DNA of 32,000 nucleotides, taken from NCBI RefSeq assembly GCF_000009045.1, contig NC_000964.3, positions 3,840,001 through 3,872,000 on the forward strand, written 5' to 3'. The position numbers and the translations under genes were made by a program. This document shows, one piece after another, positions 16,710 through 24,302 of the stretch. Every line of letters starts with the position of its first letter. Position 1 is the stretch's first letter. This DNA comes from Bacillus subtilis subsp. subtilis str. 168 (GTDB lineage: Bacteria; Bacillota; Bacilli; Bacillales; Bacillaceae). The notes under the pieces were generated by a model. That model was not told the DNA's origin and made no database searches. It saw only the letters and a program-made list of their open reading frames with translations.

Positions 16710-16711
16710 AT
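16457..16711 (-). promoter_or_regulatory. T-box riboswitch leader unit 2 of 3, threonine specifier ACC
   Basis: Near-identical copy of unit 1 at a 253-bp offset. ACC is the complement of 16609-16611. The T-box, terminator and U7 are the same. Confidence 0.9.
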
Positions 16712-16965
16712 AAAAAAACACACCCATCCCTCTAAAAGGGACGAATGTGTTGATCATCCGTGGTTCCACCCAAATTCCCGATCAATTACACATGATGATC
16801 GGCTTAAAGATGCTGTAACGCAGCATGACGGTATCAGATACTTGTTTTCCCTGATACGGCTCAAAGGCGGTAAGCTGCTTTCCCTGCGTTAGGAAGATCT
16901 CAGCTGTCCTTCCCTCTCTGGAAACCGTAAAAAGCATCTCGTGTCCTTATCAGTGCCTGTTGTTT
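16712..16965 (-). promoter_or_regulatory. T-box riboswitch leader unit 3 of 3 (promoter-proximal), threonine specifier ACC
   Basis: Diverged copy with AGAGAGGGAAGG, CTT-ACC-GCC (ACC is the complement of 16869-16871), GCGTTA, the T-box AATTTGGGTGGAACCACGGATG, and the terminator ACACATTCGTCCCT/AGGGATGGGTGTGT (with G-U pairs) plus U7. Confidence 0.85.
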
Positions 16966-16979
16966 CAATAATTTTTTAT

Positions 16980-17008
16980 ATCTTACTATATATTCCCACA
17001 AAGCGCAA
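16980..17008 (-). promoter_or_regulatory. Candidate sigmaA promoter of the thrZ leader
   Basis: On the minus strand: TTGCGC (17008-17003), a 17-nt spacer, then TAAGAT (16985-16980), just upstream of T-box unit 3 and only 9 nt after the mmr stop codon. Confidence 0.3.
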
Positions 17009-17016
17009 TCAGTGAT

Positions 17017-18417
17017 TTACATTTTTTCTGACGCGGCAGTCCCGTTATGGGCAGCCAGAAACAGCCATACAAGCAATGCAGCGAGGCTGTATGCCGCTCC
17101 CATCATCAAAAACGCAAACCCGGCACCAGCATACCAAGTGGCGGACAGATGAATGATCACCCCGGTTATCGCTACGCCGACCAAGGCTCCGATTTGCCGG
17201 TTTGCATTTAACGCCGCACCGGCGATATTCGTATGTCTTTGCCCGGCAGCCTGCATGATCACAGTTGTCATGGCAGGAACTGTAATACCGGTACAGAGGT
17301 TCATAACAGACATCAACACCGCCAGCTGCCAATAAGGAAAATCCGGAGAAATCAGCACAAACAACAGCAATGCAATGATACAGCTGACCGCCATTGATAC
17401 AAACATAAGCTGACCGGCTTCAAACCGATTCGCCAGACGGGCAAACAGCAGATTGCCGATCACGAAGACCGCCATCATCGGCAGCAGCTCCACTCCAGCC
17501 ATAAAGGAACTTGCCCCTCCTGCTTCCTGCAAAAAAAGGCTGAGCATAAACATGCCGCCAAAAAGGGCGAAATTCAGCAAAAACCCGATAAATTGGGCAG
17601 CTGAGAAGCGGCCGTTTTTGTATAAGGACGCCGGCAGGATGGGTGTTTTTGCAGAAATTTCCCGCAGCAAAAACAGCACAAATGCCAAAACCGCTGCAGT
17701 AAATGCTACAAGAATCACTGGCGAGCGCCAGCCCGCTGAAGGCCCCTGTATCAAAGCATAGGAAAGAAACCCGAGAGCCATCATGCCAAGCAGATGCCCG
17801 ATGATGTTCACGCGGCTGCTTTTCCCAGGAACGCGGCTGAGGATTCGGTAAGCTGAAATGAGCGCAGCAGCCCCTATTGGCACATTGATCAGAAAAATAC
17901 TCTGCCAGCCCGCCAACTGTACCAGCACGCCCCCGATAAAAGGCCCAAGGGCTGAAGCGGCGGAAACAAGCGCGGCCCACAGTCCAAACATTCTCGCCCG
18001 CGCCCGCTCATCAAGGTAAGAGGCAGCCAAAAGGCTGAGTGAGCTTGGCATAAACAAAGCTGCCCCAATTCCCTGTATGAGACGTCCGGCAATCAGCATC
18101 TGCCCATTTATAGATGCAGCGCATAGACAGGAGGCCATAACAAAAACGGCTAGACCCAAGATATAGATCGTCTTCGAGCCGAAACGGTCAGCCAAGGCTC
18201 CGCCCGCCAGCAGAAGCGACGCAAAAGTAAGAATGTACCCGTCCACAACCCACGTTACACCTGAAAGTGACATTGAAAGAGTGTTTTTCATATCAGCCAT
18301 CGCCACATTCACAACGGTCACATCAAGAGTTGCCATGAGGAAACCAAGTGCGAGCACGATCAGCACGGATATGCCTGTTGATGATGTTGATTCTTGTATA
18401 GACCCGCTATTTTTCAT
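17017..18417 (-). CDS. mmr: MFS (DHA2, 14-TMS type) drug efflux protein, methylenomycin A resistance homologue
   Basis: Polytopic MFS protein. The start is chosen at MKNSGSIQ (18417, 466 aa), where the ATG overlaps the ywgB stop (TAATG) and AAAGGG lies upstream. The 477-aa ORF-track start at 18450 lies inside ywgB. Confidence 0.9.
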   Translation of the reverse strand: MKNSGSIQESTSSTGISVLIVLALGFLMATLDVTVVNVAMADMKNTLSMSLSGVTWVVDGYILTFASLLLAGGALADRFGSKTIYILGLAVFVMASCLCAASINGQMLIAGRLIQGIGAALFMPSSLSLLAASYLDERARARMFGLWAALVSAASALGPFIGGVLVQLAGWQSIFLINVPIGAAALISAYRILSRVPGKSSRVNIIGHLLGMMALGFLSYALIQGPSAGWRSPVILVAFTAAVLAFVLFLLREISAKTPILPASLYKNGRFSAAQFIGFLLNFALFGGMFMLSLFLQEAGGASSFMAGVELLPMMAVFVIGNLLFARLANRFEAGQLMFVSMAVSCIIALLLFVLISPDFPYWQLAVLMSVMNLCTGITVPAMTTVIMQAAGQRHTNIAGAALNANRQIGALVGVAITGVIIHLSATWYAGAGFAFLMMGAAYSLAALLVWLFLAAHNGTAASEKM

Positions 18418-18887
18418 TACAATTGCCCTTTCACTTGCTTGATTACCCAATCATCTATTTTTTCAAGATCATACAATTCCCCGACTCTGTCCATAACATG
18501 CTGCAAGGATTCTTCTCTCATAAGATTGGACCATTTATCCTCGATTTCCGCCATGACTGTCTCCAGCACACAGTGACTTTCACCCTCAAATACAGATTGC
18601 AGCAAGCCTTTCCCCTGATACATCGAACCTCTGCCTTCGACCGCTTGATAAACATCATAAAGCGTAATGTCAGCCAAAGGCTTCGTCAGGGTAAAACCGC
18701 CCTTCGTCCCTGGTAAGGATTCTGCCAAACCGGCTTGAACCAATGTTCTCATCAGCTTCTTCAAGTAAGACGGAGACACGCGCAATCGCTGGCTTATAGC
18801 CTCTGACGTCAAAGAAGCCTGTACCGGCAGCCGTGACAGTAACAGCAGCACAGAAACCGCCTGCTCCATTCCTGATTTCATTTTCAT
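18417..18887 (-). CDS. ywgB: Rrf2-family transcriptional regulator (single Cys, so probably without an Fe-S cluster)
   Basis: N-terminal wHTH typical of Rrf2 (AVSVLLLLSRLPVQASLTSEAISQRLRVSPSYLKKLMRTLVQAGL...GTKGGFTL). The start is chosen at MKMKSGMEQ (ATG 18887), 8 nt after SD AGGAG. An alternative in-frame GTG lies at 18896. Confidence 0.85.
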   Translation of the reverse strand: MKMKSGMEQAVSVLLLLSRLPVQASLTSEAISQRLRVSPSYLKKLMRTLVQAGLAESLPGTKGGFTLTKPLADITLYDVYQAVEGRGSMYQGKGLLQSVFEGESHCVLETVMAEIEDKWSNLMREESLQHVMDRVGELYDLEKIDDWVIKQVKGQL

Positions 18888-18900
18888 CCTATTCACTCCT

Positions 18901-18954
18901 GATTCATTATGGATAACTATTATCCATAATGAATCTCTTAGCAGCTTTTGTCAA
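18901..18954 (-). promoter_or_regulatory. Candidate ywgB-mmr promoter with an overlapping 35-bp palindromic operator
   Basis: On the minus strand: TTGACA (18954-18949), a 17-nt spacer, then CATTAT (18931-18926). The inverted repeat GATTCATTATGGATAA-ctA-TTATCCATAATGAATC (18901-18935) has 16-bp perfect arms. It covers the -10, the predicted transcription start and the 5' UTR up to the SD. Confidence 0.5.
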
Positions 18955-18991
18955 TAAAAAAAGCAAAAGAAACGGATCATTTCTTTTGCTT
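18955..18991 (-). terminator. Rho-independent terminator of ywfO-ywgA
   Basis: On the minus strand the stem is AAGCAAAAGAAA/TTTCTTTTGCTT (12 bp, 18961-18972 / 18980-18991) with a 7-nt loop, followed by a U-run. It starts 8 nt after the ywgA stop. Confidence 0.7.
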
Positions 18992-18998
18992 GGTATGG

Positions 18999-19499
18999 TT
19001 AACAAATCTGCTTCAGTTCCTCTATGTATTGAAGCGCTTCGTCATATTCTTCATTTGTATATTTTTGCTTGCTTTTGATGGTAAAGACTTTTTCTTTCTT
19101 TTCCTCATCCTCAAGCCCGTCAAAGTAAAGGATCGTGGAAACCAGCTCTAAAAACCGTGATGAACGGCTGTTTACACTGTCGATATAGCCTTTCATATCC
19201 GGCATGTCCAGATCAGCATGGTCTAAAAATGCGGAGCCTGTCTCAGTCAGCGAATACCGGTATTGAAAGTAGCCGCCCTTTTTTTCCTTCACCTCATGCA
19301 GAAATCCAAGGTTGCACAGCTCTTCAATCTGGAGCGTCAGTTCCTCTGAATATGGTCCGTAAAAGTGAAAATCATATTTCTCATAGAAAGGAAACTGCAT
19401 TTTCTTGGCGATATAAATCATTTTCTGCAGCTTCTTTCGCCCGATGATTTCTCCAGAATCCGAGAACACCTTCATCAGTTTTGCATGTTCTTTCAACAA
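18999..19499 (-). CDS. ywgA: YwgA, small uncharacterised protein; the N-terminus resembles a Panacea/SocA-like (DUF4065) domain, followed by a winged-helix-like segment
   Basis: 166-aa ORF with a TTG start 9 nt after SD AAGGAGA, 35 nt downstream of the ywfO stop with no terminator between. The motif KKLQKMIYIAKK...FHFYGPYSEEL resembles the KLQKLLY...W.YGP.. hallmark of DUF4065. This is an eye match only, not an HMM result. Confidence 0.8.
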   Translation of the reverse strand: MLKEHAKLMKVFSDSGEIIGRKKLQKMIYIAKKMQFPFYEKYDFHFYGPYSEELTLQIEELCNLGFLHEVKEKKGGYFQYRYSLTETGSAFLDHADLDMPDMKGYIDSVNSRSSRFLELVSTILYFDGLEDEEKKEKVFTIKSKQKYTNEEYDEALQYIEELKQIC

Positions 19500-19534
19500 A
19501 TTCCCGACATCTCCTTTTTCCTTCTTTCCAATTT

Positions 19535-20836
19535 CTATGTCAGTCCCAGCAGCTGCCGGATTTTCATTTTCGCTTCCGGATGTTTAGTGCCGTCACAAAT
19601 CAAGTCCTTTGGATAGTACAGCTTGTGGTCCGTCCGCCGTTTACCTGAGATGGATTCCACAATAGCCGACTGTCTGGACAGCTCTTTAATTTGGCCGTTT
19701 TGCGTCAAGAGATGGATCGGCAGACGCTCCTCTTCCTCTCCTGGTCGGTAAAAATCGTATGGCAGATCTGATGAAGAATCAACGACCAAATAATAGCTCG
19801 GATCGATCCCCGCCTCTTTGAACAATGAAGTCAGCTCAAAATAAGCCGACATTTCTTCATTCGGATTGAATTCAACGTATTGGAAAAGCTGGCGGTTAAT
19901 GAATCTGCGGCACAAGTCGGATAAAATCGCGTCTTCTTCATCCTCCCAGGCCTGGAAGTAATACAAAATAATAGATTCATCCAGCTTTACATAATCCTCC
20001 AGTGTCAATTTTCCTTCAAAAATAGAATAGAAATGAACCGGAGCGTGAGTGAAGACATAGCCTTCATCGTGCAGCTGCTTCGCCCTGTGAAGAATCTTCG
20101 TTAAAATGACCTCTGCACTTCTAGTCACAGGATGGAAGTAGACCTGCCAGTACATTTGGTAACGGCTCATGATATAGTCTTCGACAGCGTGCATTCCGCT
20201 TTCTTTAATGACGATCTGATCCTCGCGCGGCCGCATCACCCGAAGAATCCGCTCCATATCAAAATGGCCGTAGCTGACGCCCGTATAATATGCGTCGCGC
20301 TGGAGGTAATCCATGCGGTCTGCGTCAATCTGACTCGAAATCAGGCTGACCACTTGCTTGTTTTTATATGTTTTGGCAATGACTTCAGCAACATCCTGAG
20401 GGAAACCCGGGCTCACCTTTCTGAGCACCTGATTAACCTCCGTGTCTCCCAAAATGATACCTCTTGTAAAATCCTCGTGGTCAAGGTGAAAGACCTTTTC
20501 AAATGAATGCGAGAACGGCCCGTGCCCGAGGTCATGAAGCAGCGCCGCGGCCAAACAGAGTTCGCGCTCACTGTCATCCCATTCAGGGCGGCCTTTAAAG
20601 ACGTCATCAACCATTCTTCTGACAATTTCATAGACACCGAGAGAATGGTTGAACCGGCTGTGCTCAGCCCCATGGAACGTCAAATAGGTCGTTCCGAGCT
20701 GCTTAATTCTGCGGAGACGCTGAAATTCACGGGTTCCGATCAAATCCCATATCAGCTTGTCCCGAACATGAACATAGCGGTGCACCGGATCTTTAAACAC
20801 TTTTTCTTCTGATAATTTTCCATTTGGATACGCCAT
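19535..20836 (-). CDS. ywfO: HD-domain phosphohydrolase of the SAMHD1/EF1143 (dNTP triphosphohydrolase-like) type
   Basis: The motifs are FQRLRRIKQLG, HSRFNHSLGV, LLHDLGHGPFSH and QIDADRMDYLQRD (H...HD...D). The start is chosen at MAYPNGK (20836, 433 aa), 7 nt after SD AGAGGGA. The ORF-track ATG at 20842 abuts the SD. Confidence 0.9.
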   Translation of the reverse strand: MAYPNGKLSEEKVFKDPVHRYVHVRDKLIWDLIGTREFQRLRRIKQLGTTYLTFHGAEHSRFNHSLGVYEIVRRMVDDVFKGRPEWDDSERELCLAAALLHDLGHGPFSHSFEKVFHLDHEDFTRGIILGDTEVNQVLRKVSPGFPQDVAEVIAKTYKNKQVVSLISSQIDADRMDYLQRDAYYTGVSYGHFDMERILRVMRPREDQIVIKESGMHAVEDYIMSRYQMYWQVYFHPVTRSAEVILTKILHRAKQLHDEGYVFTHAPVHFYSIFEGKLTLEDYVKLDESIILYYFQAWEDEEDAILSDLCRRFINRQLFQYVEFNPNEEMSAYFELTSLFKEAGIDPSYYLVVDSSSDLPYDFYRPGEEEERLPIHLLTQNGQIKELSRQSAIVESISGKRRTDHKLYYPKDLICDGTKHPEAKMKIRQLLGLT

Positions 20837-20997
20837 CGTCATTCCCTCTTTTTTTTAGCCGTGTTTCTATTATATCGACTCTATTCTTTGAAAACATCCT
20901 TGAATTTGCCCGGCGATTTGTTCCATCTTCATGAAAAACACATCTTGTGAAGCAAAAAAGCCTGACCTGAGGGCCGAGGCTAAGAAAAAATATGTTT

Positions 20998-21222
20998 TTA
21001 CTTTTTTATTTTCTTTTTTACTTTGTCAATCAGCTCATCCTCTGTCGGAGCTGACAGCGGGCGATTGTTCACAAAAGCAAATGATTTTTTCCGTCCGGGC
21101 CCGCAATAAGATTGGCATCCTACCTCAACCTTTGCGTCCGGGTCCACTTCTTTCAAACGCGGCAGCAATGTTTTGATATTAGTGGCTTGGCAATCATCAC
21201 ACACTCGAAATTCATTAGCCAT
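20998..21222 (-). CDS. ywzC: YwzC, small DUF1450-type Cys-containing protein
   Basis: 74-aa ORF with SD AAGGGAAG 8 nt upstream. It has paired cysteines (CDDC ... CQSYC) and a Lys-rich C-terminus. Recognised as YwzC. Confidence 0.8.
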   Translation of the reverse strand: MANEFRVCDDCQATNIKTLLPRLKEVDPDAKVEVGCQSYCGPGRKKSFAFVNNRPLSAPTEDELIDKVKKKIKK

Positions 21223-21373
21223 GACGTACGCTTCCCTTCATTTCTATGTTCATCTATGTGAATAACCTAAAATCACGTTTCAAAAAAAATCACATCACAC
21301 TTCATTTTACAAGGATTCGACTGTTCCTGCAAGCCGCTCCATCCTTCGTATCTCCTATTCTTTCAGCCAATTT

Positions 21374-21403
21374 GTATAAATATTTTCCAACCTGGACATT
21401 CTA
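21374..21403 (+). promoter_or_regulatory. Forespore-type (sigmaF/sigmaG) promoter of rsfA
   Basis: GTATA (21374-21378), an 18-nt spacer, then CATTCTA (21397-21403), which matches GnATR-N18-CAtnnTA. A GG at 21394-21395 also fits the sigmaF-type -10. rsfA is a known prespore gene. Confidence 0.55.
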
Positions 21404-21436
21404 ATACCATGAAAAGAAAAATGGGAGTTGAGATAA

Positions 21437-22213
21437 ATGACAAAACAGCGACAAGACGCTTGGTCAGAGGAAAACGATCTGCTTTTAGCCGAAACAGTGC
21501 TTCGGCATGTGAGGGAGGGCAGCACTCAGCTGAACGCCTTTGAAGAAGTCGGCGATAAATTAAACCGGACATCCGCAGCCTGCGGATTCAGATGGAACGC
21601 AGTGGTCCGCCATCAATATGAAAAAGCGCTTCAGCTTGCGAAGAAACAACGAAAACAGCGGATGAGAGCGCTCGGAAACGGGCAGCCCGCGAAAAAAAGA
21701 TTATTATATCAGCCTCCTGCCGTTGATCCTGAAATCATTCAAGAAACCGCTGCAGAAGAGCCGGTTAAAACGGAAACACCATCTGTCGAAAATGAGCAAC
21801 CTTTAATGTCTGGCGAACACATGCCTTTTGTTGATGAAAGCTTTAAGGAAGAGTTAGCTAGTCTATCACACTTATTGTCTCCTCAAACGCCTGCAGCTGC
21901 GCCTGAGATGACGATGAATGATGTGATCCGCTTCCTGCAGAATTACGAAGGCAATCACGAGCAATCATCAGCATTAAAAATGGAAAACGAGCGTTTAAAG
22001 AAAGAAAATCAGGAATTGCAAAACAAAACAGAGCAGCTAGAGGCAGAAGTTCAAAAGCTTGAAAAAGACCAAAAAACGATCCAAGAAGATTATGAAACCT
22101 TGGTGAAAATTATGAACAGAGCCAGAAAGCTAGTTTTATTTGAAGAAGATGAACATGCCTCTCCGTCCTTCAAAATGGACCGGAACGGCAATTTAGAAAA
22201 ATTAGCGGAATGA
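21437..22213 (+). CDS. rsfA: RsfA, prespore-specific Myb/SANT-like transcriptional regulator
   Basis: 258-aa ORF with SD GGGAG 9 nt upstream. It has an N-terminal Myb-like repeat ([13 protein letters not shown]...[11 protein letters not shown]) and a C-terminal coiled-coil-like segment. Recognised as RsfA. Confidence 0.9.
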
Positions 22214-22218
22214 CATAG

Positions 22219-22254
22219 AAAAATCCCAAAACGGGCAGCTGTTTTGGGATTTTC
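22219..22254. terminator. Bidirectional terminator (rsfA on the plus strand, probably ywfM on the minus strand)
   Basis: Stem AAATCCCAAAAC/GTTTTGGGATTT (22221-22232 / 22241-22252) flanked by A-runs and T-runs. Confidence 0.8.
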
Positions 22255-22356
22255 GCCATGTGCAAAATCCCCTTTTCTATTGAGAAAAGAGAATTTCCTC
22301 ATTTTGCAGCCGGATCAGCTATTCTTGTAAAATGAGGCCAAGCTTATGTGAATCTA

Positions 22357-23247
22357 TTAAGACATGTGAGCTGCCTCGGCCGTTTTTTGTTTCCGAGGCG
22401 CAGCAGAAATGACCAAAAGCCCCAGCATCATAAGCGCAATGCCCAGCCACGAGGAAGGCGAAAGCATTTCCCCTATGAAAAACACGCCAAGCAATGAAGC
22501 CGTCAGCGGTTCAGCTAAAGACAGCGTGACCGCCGCCGAGGCCGGAACCCCGGTAAGCCCTTTCGCAAACAAAAAGTATGCGGCACATGTTGCAATTAAC
22601 CCGATGTAAAGGCTTGTTCCCAGTCCTCTAGGGGTCAATATCCACGAGATATCTAACTGCCATAATAGCGGCGTCAGCAAGATGGCGCTGATCATGAATA
22701 CAACGGCGGAGGTCGCTCGCGGAGGCTGGGTTTTCATCATCGCTTTACTGATGAGCGTATAGCCTGCAAAAGAAGCACCCGCTCCAAGCGCCATAAGAAC
22801 ACCAGCCACATCAATCCGAACATTGGAACTGTCGGAAAACAGAAGCCAGCAACCCGCTAAAGCCAGCACAGTCGCAATCCACCAGGAGTTTCGCGGGCGT
22901 TTCTTCAATACAGCCCATTCGAGGGTCCCGGCAATGATAGGCGCACTGCCGATGGCAATCACAGTTCCCACTGCAATTCCCGTTTCTTTAACCGCTGTGA
23001 AAAACAGCGGCTGGTAACACGCCATACAAACAGCGGCTAAAAATACGAGCGGCCATGCCCAATTTTTCACGTGAAGCTCCCGGCTGATCCAAACCGCAAG
23101 CAGCATGGCGCTTCCTCCTATTAATAACCTGAACGCTCCAAATGCCAGCGGTGTGGCGCTTTCTGGAGCCAATGCCTGAACGGTTCCCGTGGTCCCCCAG
23201 AAAAAAGCCGCAATCAATACAAAAAGGCTGTAAATATTCCCCTTCAT
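22357..23247 (-). CDS. ywfM: EamA/DMT-superfamily transporter (10 TMS)
   Basis: 296-aa polytopic ORF with two EamA-like halves and SD AAAGGGGAGAGG upstream. Recognised as YwfM. Confidence 0.85.
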   Translation of the reverse strand: MKGNIYSLFVLIAAFFWGTTGTVQALAPESATPLAFGAFRLLIGGSAMLLAVWISRELHVKNWAWPLVFLAAVCMACYQPLFFTAVKETGIAVGTVIAIGSAPIIAGTLEWAVLKKRPRNSWWIATVLALAGCWLLFSDSSNVRIDVAGVLMALGAGASFAGYTLISKAMMKTQPPRATSAVVFMISAILLTPLLWQLDISWILTPRGLGTSLYIGLIATCAAYFLFAKGLTGVPASAAVTLSLAEPLTASLLGVFFIGEMLSPSSWLGIALMMLGLLVISAAPRKQKTAEAAHMS

Positions 23248-23371
23248 CTGCCTCTCCCCTTTAATATGGATGCTGATGTCATTTTATCGTTTTTCTTTTT
23301 GTCGTGGTTATCTGTATGTAAGAAGGACTTATCTGAAAATAAGATTATTGAGGTAAAATGCCGCTTGAGAT

Positions 23372-23405
23372 AAAAAATGCATGCCGGCATATACAGCCGG
23401 CATGC
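23372..23405 (-). terminator. Rho-independent terminator of cysL-lipL
   Basis: 10-bp stem GCATGCCGGC/GCCGGCATGC (23379-23388 / 23396-23405). On the minus strand it is followed by U6 (A-run 23372-23377), 10 nt after the lipL stop. Confidence 0.75.
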
Positions 23406-23414
23406 GAAGAACGT

Positions 23415-24260
23415 TCACCCAAATACCTTTGCATTCCGCTCAGCCATCCGGACGAGGTTTTTCTCAAATTCCATTTCCTCATCAATGGACAGTCCAGCTG
23501 AATAAAGATGGGTGCTTAACGCTTTTAATTCCGTCAATAAAGCGAACATTAAGTCTTGTACGGAGATGTCTTTTTGAAGAAGCTCACTTAAGGACGCCAT
23601 CGTTTCCGGACGTATTTCCGGATAGACGCCTTTTTTATCGTTTTGTTTGTCTTTCAGCGCCGCTTGATAGAATCGTCTGATCAAGTCGGCCCTTTCACTG
23701 CCGCTTTTATCTGCACAGAGATAAATTTGAACAGCGACTCCGCCGCGAACGCGTCTCTGAGAGATGCCGGCGAACTTTTTGCCATTTATACTGAGGTCAT
23801 AGCTGCCGGGACAATAAGACCCTTCAATTTCATAGGCTTCGATCTTTGCGTTGTACGGTCTCAGCATTCGTCTCATCAGCTCGACCATCGCTTCATATCC
23901 TTTGTCTATATCGATGCCTTTCTTTTCGTCCTCGAATATGAGAGAGATATTTAAAACACCGTCATCCAATACGACGGCAAGACCGCCGGAATTGCGTACG
24001 ATCACACGGTATCCTTCGCTCTCCAGCAAGGAGATACCATCCTGCAAAAACGGGAGGCGTGTATCCTGTATTCCAAGGACAATTGTATCGTGGTGCACCC
24101 ATGAGCGCGCTGTCGCCGGCGACACGCCTTTTCCGACGGACATGCATAGCGTATCATCCATTGCGAAGGATTGCTTCGCATCAAATAAAGGGCCGAGACT
24201 GGATTGGTCAATGACTCTCCATTTCGGCTGCATCAGTAAATCAATCGGTTGGTTTGCCAT
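23415..24260 (-). CDS. lipL: LipL, octanoyl-[GcvH]:protein N-octanoyltransferase (LplA/LipB fold)
   Basis: 281-aa ORF with LplA/LipB-family blocks ([21 protein letters not shown]; [24 protein letters not shown]). Recognised as LipL (YwfL). Confidence 0.9.
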
Positions 24261-24302
24261 CTATGTAAAACCCTTTCATGTTAGGCTTATTGAACGAAAA
24301 CT

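Noticed and set aside
16614-16892. 92-aa ORF on the plus strand inside the thrZ leader
   Set aside because: It lies antisense to structured T-box RNA, has no SD, and its sequence is repeat-derived and low-complexity. It is a chance ORF.
16204-16975. Regularly spaced repeats of about 253-255 bp that could be mistaken for a CRISPR array, a satellite or the terminal repeats of a mobile element
   Set aside because: The units are far too long for CRISPR repeats and have no spacers. Each unit contains every T-box riboswitch element plus a terminator, and no transposase or integrase lies nearby.
17420-17980. 186-aa minus-strand ORF (and several 60-100-aa ORFs on both strands) inside mmr
   Set aside because: These are alternative-frame shadow ORFs within a GC-rich membrane-protein gene. 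They have no SD, an Arg/Gly/Cys-rich composition atypical of real proteins, and are fully nested in a recognised gene.
20955-20990. Hairpin with a U-run downstream of ywzC as its terminator
   Set aside because: Only a 5-bp stem (AGCCT/AGGCT) with a 13-nt loop could be drawn. It is too weak to annotate, though a U-run follows on the minus strand.
23358-23507. ORF of about 49 codons on the plus strand starting after GAGG in the ywfM-lipL spacer
   Set aside because: The SD-ATG spacing is only 4 nt. It runs through the lipL terminator hairpin and antisense into lipL, and has no recognisable features.
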